The notes below the pieces were generated by a model. That model was not told the DNA's origin. It searched no databases and saw nothing but the letters and a program-made list of their open reading frames with translations. Both the position numbers and the translations under genes were made by a program. Shown one piece after another: positions 35,015 to 64,000 of a stretch of DNA of 64,000 nt (the first letter of the stretch is position 1; each line of letters opens with the position of its first letter). The DNA is from Cetorhinus maximus (lineage: Eukaryota), in the NCBI RefSeq assembly GCF_964194155.1, contig NC_135917.1:1674001-1738000 (forward strand), in the 5' to 3' direction.

Positions 35015-38000
35015 AGGAACATATGAATTAAGAGCAGGCCAGTTGGCCCCTCGAGCCTACTCAGCCATTCAATAAGATCATGGCTGATCCTTAACCCCAC
35101 ACTCCTGCCTACCCCTGATAACCAACACCCCCTTGTTAATCACGAAATCTATCTAGCTCTGTCTTAATATTCAAAGAATCTGCTTCCATCGCCTTTTGAG
35201 GAAGAGTTCCAAAGACACTCAATACTCAAAATTTCTCCTCATCTATCTTAAATGAGCAACCCCTTATTTTTAAACAGTGGCCCCTAGTTCTAGATTCTCC
35301 CACAAGAGGGAGACATCCTTTCCACCCTGTCAAGACCCCGCAGGATCTTAAAAGTTTCAATCAAGTCACCTCTTGCTCTAAATTCCAGTGGATACAAGCC
35401 TAACCTGTCCAGCCTTTCCTCATAACACAACCCACCCATTCCTGGTATTAGTCTAGAAACTTTCTCTGAACTGCTAACATATTTAGATCTTTCTTTAAAG
35501 GAGACCAGTACTCTACACGATACTCCAGATGTGGTCTCGCCAATGACCTGTACAACTGAAGCATAACCTCCCTACTTTTGTAATCAATTTTTCCTCACAA
35601 TAAATGATAATATTCTATTAGCTTTCCTAATTAACTGATTTACATGCAGACTAACCATGTGAATCATGCACTAGGACACCCAATTCCCTCAATCTCAGCT
35701 CTGCAATCTCTCACCATTTAGATAATAAGCTTTTTTATTCTTCCTGCCAAAATGAATAATTTCACATTTGCCAGATCTTTGCCCACTCACTTAGCAGCCT
35801 CCTTACATCCTCTTCACAATGTACTTTCCTACCTTTCTTTGTGTTGTCAGCAAATTTAGCAACCATTTCTTCAGTCCCTTCATCCAAGTCATTTATATAA
35901 ATTGCAAGAAATTGAGGTCCTAGCACTGATCCCTGTGGCACACCACTAGTCACATCCTGCCAACCTGAAAAGACCCATTTATGTCAACTCTGCTTCCTGT
36001 TAGCTTGCCAATCTTCTGTCCATACCAATATGTTACCCCCCTATTACCCTCTACAGCATAAGATTTTATTTTCTGCAATAACCTTTGATGTGGCACTTTA
36101 TCAAATGCCTTCTGGAAATCAAGTACAGTACATCCACTGGTTCCCCTTTATCCACAGCACATGTGACTCCTTAAAGAACTCCCAATAAACATGATTTCCC
36201 TTTCACAAAACCATGTTGACTGCCCGATTGCCTTGAATTTTTTAAGTGCCCTGCTATAACATCTTTGCTTCTATTATAACAGATGTTACACTAATTGGCC
36301 TATAGTTTCCTACTTTCTGTCCCTCTCTTTGACTAAAGAGTTATAATTGCTATTTTCCAATCTAATGGAACCTTCCCCAAATCTATGGAATTTTGGAAAA
36401 TTAAAACCAGTGCATCAACTACCTCACTAGCCACTTCTTTCAAGACCTCGGGGTGAAGTCCATCCAGATCTAGGGATTTGTCAGCCCACAGCCCCAACAA
36501 TTTTCTCAATACCACTTCACTGGTGATTGTAATTTTCCATGAGTTCCTGCCTCACATCTATTTCCAGGATGTTACTTGTGTCCTCTATTGTGAAGACCAA
36601 AGTAAAACACCTGTTTAACTTATCCTCCATCTCCCTACTTTCCATTATTATTTTCCCAGACACTCTATAGGACCAACACTCACTTTGTTAAAAACAAAAA
36701 CAGAATTATCTGGAAAAACTCAGCAGGTCTGGCAGCATCGGCGGAGAAGAAAAGAGTTGACGTTTCGAGTTCTCATGACCCTTCAGCACTCACTTTGTTA
36801 AGTCTTATTTAAATATTTATTGAAACTCTAACTATCTGTCTTTATATTAATAGCTAGCTTTCTTTCATATTTTAATTTTTCCCTCCTCATGAATCTTTGT
36901 CATTCTTTGCTACTCTCACATTTTTTCCAATCTTCTGACCAGCCATGTGTCTTTGTGTAATTATTTGCTATTTCTTTAAGTTTGATACGGTCTTTAACTT
37001 TTTTGGTTAACCACAGATGGTGGGCCCCTTGGAATTTCTCATTGGAATATATATTCTGTGTATTCTGAAATATCCCTTTAAGTGCCTGCCACTGAACTTC
37101 TGTTGACATATCCCTTAACCTCATTTGCCAGTTCACTTTTGGCTAGCTCTGCTTTCATGTCTTCATAATTGCCCTTATTTAAGTTTAAAATACTAGTCAT
37201 GGACACACTCATTTCTCCCTCAAAATGAATGCAAAATTCAATCATATTATGATCACTGCTACCTAGGGGTGCCTTCACTAGGGGGTTAACAATTAATCCT
37301 ATCTCTTTGCTCAATACCAGGTCTAGTATAGTCTGCTCTCTGGTTGGCTCCAGAATGTGCTGTTCTAAGAAACTATCCCAAAAACATTCTATGAACTCCT
37401 CATCTACACTACCTTTGCCCATCTGATTTTTTCAGCCTATGTAGCTTAAAATCCCCCATGATTATAGTTGTAGGATTCTGACAAGCTCCCATTATCTCTT
37501 TTATACTCTGTCCTACTGTGTAGTTACAATTAGGGGGGCCTGTACACCACTCCCAGAAGTGACTTCTTGCCTTTATCATTCCTCATCTCAGCCTAAACTA
37601 CTTCTACATCCTGGTTTCCTGAACTTAAGTCATCCTTCTCTAATATGCAAGTACCATCATTAATTAACAAAGCCACGCCTCCACTTTTTCCCCAACTCCC
37701 TGTACTTCCTAAATGTCACATACCCTTCAATAGTCAGGTCCCAATCAAAGCCATTAGAGAGACATGGCTACAGGATGACAATAAGATCATACTTATTTCT
37801 ATTCGCACCATCAGTTCATTTGTTTCATTTCAAATGCTACATGCACTTGGGATGCAGAATTTTTATTTTTGTAGCATCTAGTCTTATCTGCTGATTTACT
37901 CTTAGATTTGTACTCTGCCCCTTCCTGTCACAGTCTGTTTATCCAGGGGTCATAGATTTAAGGTAAGAGGTAGAAGGCTAAGAGGGGAGTTGAGGAGAAA

Positions 38001-38820
38001 TTTTTTCACCCAGAGGGTGGTGGGAGTCTGGAACTCACTGCCTGAAAGGGCGGTTAAGTCAGAAACCCTCATAACATTGAAGTAGTATTTAGATATTCAC
38101 CTGCATAGCCATAGCCTCCAGGGCTATGGTCCAAGGACTAGAAAATGGGATTAGTGTAGTCAGATCTTTGTTCACTGGCATGGACACAATGGGCCAAATG
38201 GCCTCTTTCTGTGCAGTAAACATCCATGAGTCTATCATTTCCCATAATACCAGTCTTTCTTGCCTTGTAACTTCTCTTTGGTTTACCATATCTTCCCAAA
38301 TTTGATCCTTGCCCCCACTATTCAGTTCAAAACCCTCTCTATATCCCTAGTTAGGCATCTTGTGAGGACACCAGCCCCAGTACGGTTCAGGTGTAGACCA
38401 TCCCAACAATACAGATTCCACTTTCCCCAATACTGGTGCCAGTGCCCCACAAACCAGAACCCACTTCTCCCACACTAGTCTTTAAGCTATGCATTCATTT
38501 CTCTAATCTTATTTGTCCTATGCCAATTTGCATGTGGCTCAGGTAATAATCCAGAAATTATTACCTTTGACATTCTGCTTCTTAATTTAGTACCTAGCTC
38601 ATCATACTATCGATGCAGAGCCTTCTTCCTCATTCTGCCTGTCATTGGTACCTACACAGACCACAACCACTGGATCCTCCCCCTCCCACTGCAAGTTCCT
38701 CTCCAGCCTTGAAAAGATGTACTGAACCAGGCACCAGGCAGGCAACAAAGCCATCTAGACTCCTGCTCTTTGCTACAGAGAACAGTATCAATCCCCCTTA
38801 CTATACTGTCCCCTACATCT
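35015..38820 (-). mobile_element. Long decayed CR1-type LINE (ORF1 remnant, endonuclease, RT) with nested insertions
   Basis: [67 protein letters not shown]. Inserts at 36692-36786 and ~37945-38232. Confidence 0.9.
36692..36786 (-). mobile_element. 95-bp hammerhead-bearing Penelope terminus inserted with a 15-bp TSD
   Basis: CACTCACTTTGTTAA at 36677-36691 and 36787-36801. Reverse complement reads CTGAAGGGTCATGAGAACTCGAAACGTCAAC... Confidence 0.88.
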
Positions 38821-39545
38821 TTTAAACTTTAGGGATTGAATAAGAACTTACCCACTTACCAGATACTCACCAAAGAGCTGGCTCTTTTCCCCATGGTAGA
38901 GCAAGAACCAATTTCTATGGCATAAGAAAGAGGAAACAAACAATCCCCCCCCACCGCCCCCCCCCTCCCCCCCCCCAACTCAGCTGCACTCCGTTTGCCC
39001 AAGGAAGGATATAAATAGCGTATTTGAAGCTTAAGAGTAGCAAAGGAGCAAAATTCTTGGGAGATAAAAGAAAGGTTGCAATGAAGAGAGAGAGAGGTCA
39101 CCTGTCAGACAGAAACTTTATTTTTCCTGTCCAGGAGCGAGGTGATAACCAGCACCTCTGAATATAAGAGCAGCATTGAAATTATTGATAAACTTGGGAC
39201 TTTAAAAACAATCGAGTGTTGTTGAGGGGATAAAAAACTGTGTAGCTGGAAATGAAGCGTTTACTGTGGAAAAGGAAGGCCAAGTTTCTTTAAAGGAATT
39301 TGACCAATAAATCATGTGTTAGAGAGCCAAAATATAAATATGTGCCCTTATTCACTGTCGAAGTGCACACATGAAGAATGGCTGTTTGGGCAAGACACTA
39401 GAGGGCAGTTGGTGCCCATGGAACCATATCTATCAGAGTCAGTATCTCCAAGAAAAACAGTGAGGCATCGGGTCAGAACAAAATTAACTGTTCAATTTCC
39501 TAGTGAAATGTAGGTTTACCTTAAGATCTACAGTCAATTTGTCTT

Positions 39546-39647
39546 TTTATGCATAAATCAGCCCTCTGTCAACTCAGCAAAACAATAGCAACCACATTTA
39601 TGCATAAATCAGCCCTCTGTCAACTCAGCAAAACAATAGCAACCACA
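39546..39647. repeat. Perfect 51-bp tandem duplication
   Basis: TTTATGCATAAATCAGCCCTCTGTCAACTCAGCAAAACAATAGCAACCACA x2. Confidence 0.95.
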
Positions 39648-42067
39648 ATATACAAGTTATATTTGGACAGGTACCCTATAAACAGCAGACATACATTTAT
39701 GAGTAAATATTAGGAGAGGTGTAATGACCACTGTTTCCCTCAGTGAGGCAAGACTTAGCATATTCAGGTTGGAGCAACGCTAGCGAAAGCAATTACACGT
39801 GAGGCTAAGATTGTTGCCAATTCTCTCCCCAACAGCAAACCCTTATCAATAGCCTACTAGTAGCCAATGTATCCCAAACATTAAAGCGTTCAATCTTCTT
39901 GTCCACTGCCTTTTAAATAATGCAGTTAGGAAATTCTGTCTTGGGATCCAAACATTCCTGACTACAATAGCCCTTTAATATGTTTGATTCCTCATGATGA
40001 CAGTGCTGATTTCCACACATTGTGTTTGCCCATCTATAGTGCTGACATTATGGGAATTTATACAAATCTGTCACTGCTTGTTCTTGCTGCAATTTGATGG
40101 AGAATGACACATCCATGGGTACAATAATGGCCGTGTCGGCCTGTTGCAGATACAACTGTAATTTAACCATATACATATTACAATGCATTTCAAAGTACAG
40201 CAATTCAGTATATTACTGTCTCATTAGATAATGCTTATGCAATCAGTGAGGTGGTAGACTGCCGTTACACTCTTTTGCTGGGTTCGAAACCAGTCCAAAC
40301 TAATGTGATGTAAATCTCATAATTATGATTTATCCTGGTCAAAAACATATTTCTGTTAAGAGCTGCTGTAAAAACAATGATCTGAAATTTTTAAAAGTCC
40401 TTAATAAGAAGGGAAGTTCAGCATTTAAATCAAATGGATTCTGATCTTGTGGCCTGAAGAGCTTAATACTAAATGTTCTAACTGATTTGTTTGATAGTTC
40501 AGAGGTAGTGTGCAATATGGTACTGAGCCATGCAGATGAGGAAGATTGAAGTTTTGATTTTCAATATTTACTAACTGGCTGAACTCAGCCAGGGTAGCAG
40601 ACAGTTTAGATACTTTTCCCTTACAGGATGCTCACTGACAATCATTCTTCTCCATTTAGTTGATGCAGTGATCTGAGCTGGGAACTTTCCCATGCCTGTG
40701 ATTGAGAGTTCTGAGATTGTCCAGCATATGCTCCAATTCTGATGTGATATGGGAGCAACCAGACTCCAGCCTGTTTGCATAGTGTATGATCTGGAGACAC
40801 AGTTGGGAGGAAAAATACATTCACATGATGCACATTCAAGTAATTAAACCACCAGGTGGAGAAGGAGTTCCTTCTCCCACCCAGTATGACAGACTTATCT
40901 ATACAATAGTGGTTATGTCGGCCTGTTTTATGGGATGTGGGTGTCGCTGGCAAGGCCAGAATTTCTTGCCCATCCCTAATTGCACTTGAAATGGCGGTGG
41001 TGAACCACTTTCTTGAACCACTGCAGTCCATATGGTGTGGGTACACCCATAGTGCTGATGCATATAATTTAATCATAAATATATTAAAACATATTTCCCA
41101 GTATACCAATGTAATCTCAGATTTTCCCTGGAGGAATGGGTGGCATATTTTTCTTTCACTTCTAAGTGCTAGTTTTAAATTCCAGACTAGTGATATGAAA
41201 GTCTCCTCTCTGTGAAAATAATTGGGTTGGTTCAACCCAATAACTGGTAAGTGTGAGTCCACAATATAAAATTGCCATTAATTGTATTGGCTGTGATGGC
41301 ATCCTTCCCCAAAATGTGAAGCAGATTAACAACACGCACTATGTCATGGACTGTAGTGGTTCAAGAAGGTAGATCACCACCACTTTCTCAAAGGCAATTA
41401 GGGATGGGCAATAAATGCTGGCCTAGCCAGCAACGCCCACAACCCATGAATGAGTAAAAAAAAATGATTATTCACAAAATGGACTCGGAAGTATAGTAAA
41501 TTGGTGATTGTTAGAAGGTGTGAGTAGGTGAAAATAAGCTGTGTGTTAATGTCCATGCAGTCATCTGCACTGAGGTCGTGGATGGCAAGGGCATTGTTCA
41601 TGAGCGAACAGAGATTCTGGAGGGAAATGTGAAGGGCAGTGATTGTTGATTTACAGGCAGGGAAAAGATTTAAATTATAGACCTTGAGTGTACAGCCATT
41701 TATCATAATCAATGATTCACTGTATTTCTAATTCTATCTTCCTTACTGTTGTTTGGTCACCCAGTCCAGAATAAAGGTGGAACCATTTCCCAATATTCCA
41801 CCAAGTTTCTCTGCAACTTGCAGCTAAGATGTGCTGAAAAGCAAATGACACGATTCTGTAGAAATTAGAAAAAAAATTAGCATAGACTTGAGTCACCGAT
41901 CTATCATTTTTATGTCTCTTACAAACATTATTCTTCAGAAATAAGTACATTAATTGTAGATTGGACTTGGGTCACTGATTAATTCCATCACTATTGCTGC
42001 CGTCTTTTACGGCAGATTCTGTAGTCTGATACCTGATCTAGTCAGGTCTTCAGTATTACTGAGCACT

Positions 42068-42520
42068 TTAAAAAAAATTTATTTATGGGATGTGGGCATT
42101 GTTGGCTCGGCCAGCATTTATTGTCCATCCCTAATTGCCCTTGAGAAGGTGGTGGTGAGCTGCCTTCTTGAATCGCTGTGGTCCATGTAGTGTAGGTACA
42201 CCCACAGTACTGTTAGGGAGGGATTTTGATCCAACGACAGTGAAGGAACGGCGATATATTTCCAAGTCAGGATGGTGAGTGGCTTGGAGGGGAACTTGCA
42301 GGTGGTGGTGTTCCGATCTGTCTGCTGCCCTTGTCCTTCTAGGTGGTAGCAGTCATGGGTTTGGAAGGCGCTGTTAAAGGAGGCTTGGTGAGTTCCTGCG
42401 GTGCATCTTGTACTTTGCACACAATGTTACCAATGTGTGTCGGTGGTGGAGGCAGTGAATGTTTGTGGGTGGGGTGCCAATCAAGTGGGTTGCTTTGTCC
42501 TGGATGGTGTCAAGCTTCTT
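42068..42520 (-). mobile_element. LINE family B 3' fragment (related short ends at ~40928-41055 minus and ~41345-41465 plus)
   Basis: Same 3' tail and body as 15310-15577 and 34300-34720. Confidence 0.85.
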
Positions 42521-43049
42521 ATTAGCCAGGACTTACTAGATAGCTTGGAGAGACAGATCTATCAATCGGATCTGGATGCTCCAAATAACTACCCTAGTGC
42601 CCCAACACCCCACCAGGGTGGTCTTGGCTGAACAAAAAGTGAGAAGTATACCAGTGCTGTGAGGTGATAAATTGCAGTTTTTACCTAGTTAAAACTCCAG
42701 CAGTTCTTGGGGTGAGGGTCCCCAAGACTAGGCTCTGCCAGAAAATACCTCAGCTCCTTGGACGTACTTAAGGTTAGCATGACCCTTCAAGAGGATTGTG
42801 CAATTTATAATAAATCAAATACAAAATTTACCCGCGCAAATTTCTCAATAATTTGGGTTTGAAAACTTTTGGACACGCCGATGGGTTTCTCCATAATAGA
42901 TACTTGTCTGGCCAAAAAAAGACAGTTTTATTTTACATGCGGCGAGCACTGGTGGATATCAATAATATAGGCTGTCATAATCCGCTGTTAACAACTTTCA
43001 GTATCTCTGGAGAAACGTAGAAATCCAAATTCTGGAGGAGCAACAAAGA

Positions 43050-43200
43050 GCCACCCGGAAATGGGCGACCGCAAGTAGTTTGACCAATTAGCAAGCTATA
43101 GGGGCGGGACTTCCGGGTGTACGAGTGACCCGGAAACACAAGTGCGACCTTTTTAATATCTGTGTGAAAGAAGTCCAGTCTCTTTTCCCAGCCATCTTGG
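43050..43200 (+). promoter_or_regulatory. NACA: NACA promoter: ETS sites, CCAAT, GC box, TCT/5'TOP initiator, YY1
   Basis: CCGGAAAT (~43055), CCAAT (43084), GGGGCGGGAC (~43100), ACTTCCGG (43109), CCGGAAAC (43130), pyrimidine tract TCTCTTTTCCC (43179-43189) and GCCATCTT (43191). Locally CpG-enriched. Confidence 0.8.
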
Positions 43201-43218
43201 ATTTGACGAACTGGAGCA
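43180..43218 (+). other. NACA: NACA non-coding exon 1 (5'TOP)
   Basis: CTCTTTTCCCAGCCATCTTGG resembles the human NACA 5' end as recalled; donor GTAAGT at 43219. The start position is inferred. Confidence 0.78.
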
Positions 43219-45013
43219 GTAAGTGTCTGTGGAAAATCCGCTCCCATCCGTTTATTAAACTGTTGGCAATGGGCACAAATTTGGCATTGTGAGGGAAAGG
43301 GGAACTTTATGCTTCAGATATCGTGAAAATTTACTGGTAAAAGTTCTATTAACGTCGTAGGTTCACAAAAAATGTGCGGGGCGCTGAGGGAGGGGGCGGC
43401 AGCAATCTCGTGGTGTCCCAGCAGGGTTAGTTTAATGGTGGAGGGGGTAGGGTGGCTAAAAAGCCCAATAGTCGAGGTTTTAGCCCGAATGTGCTGTTTG
43501 AGGCTGTGGGTATATTTAGCTGGTTATCTGTTTTCAGATGGTTTCAATTTTTTTTAGTTTTCTCATGTAGGCCATGAAAAGTTGTTTCGGCCATACCTTT
43601 AGGTTTTGAGGGAGCTCTAGTTTGTAGGGATCCATTTATCGGAGTACAAATCGTCTTTAAATATTTTTTGGGTTGTTATATTTTGTCCTACTCTTGAAAT
43701 GTGATCTTATCGGTTATTTAAGTTTATAAAGAAACTTCACGTATTCGTGTTGAATGCCACTCTTGACTACTAGGGTATTTTATTACTAACTATTGTCCAT
43801 CAAGTGCAAACTACCTCCGGATTTTTCAGTTTTGTCATTATTTCTGGAAGCCGCAATGAAATGCGACCGTTAAAAATACTTGCCCTTACGCTATGCTTCC
43901 CATAAACCTTAACAGATCTGTTCATAATATGCTTTTGGCAAAGACCAAAAACCCTGGTTGAAGAAAGCATTAGTATTTTTAAATCTAAATGATTGAACTC
44001 TTGAAATATGGTATGTAGTAGTTGAACTCATAATGATGATGGCTCGTTTATTATGGCTAGAATATTCCAAGCTGCTAATGTGATCGACTTGACATTAGCT
44101 GAAATACATGTTTTTCATTTTTGAACAGAATCCTATGTGAGCGATGAGATGACCTTGTTTGGTTCTTTTAGTTGTCTGTACTTGAAGTTGTGTCAAGTGC
44201 GTGTAGCATTAATATAAACCAATAGGTTTCTGCAGCTCTAAGTAGAGGATTGTTGGTGCTTTTGATCCATGTGTACTGCACACTTGTAGTGCCACTTCCA
44301 TCACACATTGATTTTCCTTATCTTTTCTTTCAAGCATAAGATGCTAAGTGACCTGAGCTGATAGGAGCAGCAAACAGAATTGTGTTTTGGCATAAAAACA
44401 CAAAATGCTGGAAAGCACTCAACAGGTCAGGTCTGGATGTTGGTTGTTTCTATCTCTACAACTGTTACCTGACCAGCTGAGTGTTTTCCAGCATTCTGTT
44501 TATTTTATTTCCAACATCTTTTGCTTTTGGCACGCTCCTTTCTGGTTCAGCCTTCTTGTATGACTTCCCTCTTTGCTTGATTCGCATGGTTATAATTTCT
44601 CAGCCTTTTGTTCAGTGTTTAGCTGAAATACCAAGTTTTAGGGTTGGCCTTTATGACTCAGACACAGTTTTAATTTGGCTAGCTTTAATTTAGGCTTGGC
44701 CTTGTGTGCTTCATTCACTAGCTTTTAAAATTTGCTTTAATATTCCCCAATTAGCGTAACTCTTTGGGGCACTGACTGTTTCTAGCGAATCCAGTTTTGC
44801 AGCAAACAGCAGTACATTTTGAATAATGCAAGTGTGACTCAAAGTTTCTGTATGAAGATTGTACTTTCAAAAACTTTTCCTATGTTAAGTTTGGATAAAC
44901 AAAAAGTTTGCCTTTGCAACAGAAATTCCTCGCAATAGTGCTGCTACTTAATCCTTTATACTGATGCACTTATGGCATGAATTTCTGCTAACTAGATATT
45001 TTTTTGTCTAGAA

Positions 45014-63330
<18,317 letters not shown>

Positions 63331-64000
63331 CACCCTGTCTTTCTTTTTCTCTCACCCTCCCTCCCTCTACTTGGAAGGATTGCAAGCTTAATCTATGAAA
63401 CCCCATATAATTTAACCCTTTAGTTCTGCTCACTGCACCCCCTCATAGCTGGTATATCATTCCTGAGGTGAGGTGCTCCTAAACATTTGCTGCTTTAAGT
63501 ATCAAATAACCTGGTTTTCATATTTTGGCAATTTTATCCCCCCCCTCCCCGGCCCCAAGGCACATGGGTTCTTTGGCATTATCACCCTTTAAGTGACTGG
63601 CTGTCTGTTCGTCTGTACTCCTTAACTGAGCATTGGCAGACGATGTGGAGGAAAACACAACTCAGCCTAATGCTGTCGAAAGTGGACAGTGATCGAAAAT
63701 GTTTGAGCCCAGGCACAATTTGTCTAACTCAGCTGAGACAAAGCTAAAGCCTACCTGTTGTGCATGACCCACCAACATTAATAAATGACATTGGCTATTG
63801 ATGGGGGGTGGGGGGAAAAGAGACCCAATGGATGTTTTAAGCTGCAGTAAAGGAGCACGATTGCAGTTGAGAATTTTGAGCCGTGCATTGACAGATTAAA
63901 TTTAGTTTGAATTGAAGCACCGAAACATAGTTTGTAGAGCTCCCACATATATCCAGAAATCTTACGTTATTTGCATATTTTTATTTGAAATAACTTGTGA

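Noticed and set aside
44033-44102. Possible C/D snoRNA in NACA intron 1 (ATGATGA...CTGA, ~70 nt)
   Set aside because: No terminal stem or recognisable rRNA antisense element. The would-be guide is tied up in a local hairpin.

Overview
This is eukaryotic vertebrate genomic DNA, most likely from a cartilaginous fish (inferred from the repeat families). It holds two spliced + strand genes in the same tandem order as in human. PRIM1 (DNA primase small subunit) is complete: 13 coding exons, 5772-26861, about 414 aa, and its intron 7 is a U12-type AT-AC minor intron. NACA (alpha-NAC) starts at about 43180 and runs off the right edge. NACA intron 2 carries three frame-preserving cassette exons (180, 99 and 3174 nt) that would give an acidic skNAC-like long isoform with a young GC-rich coding minisatellite, plus a candidate 47-nt poison exon. 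The rest is decayed mobile DNA: a Gypsy element nested in a Penelope (GIY-YIG) element, an internally deleted LTR element with Gmr1-like organisation, two LINE families, SINEs and MITEs. There is also a 56-bp LINE-derived minisatellite, and seven copies of a short Penelope terminus with a degenerate minimal hammerhead ribozyme, one flanked by its own 15-bp target-site duplication. Exons were read by eye against remembered human protein sequences; no searches were run.
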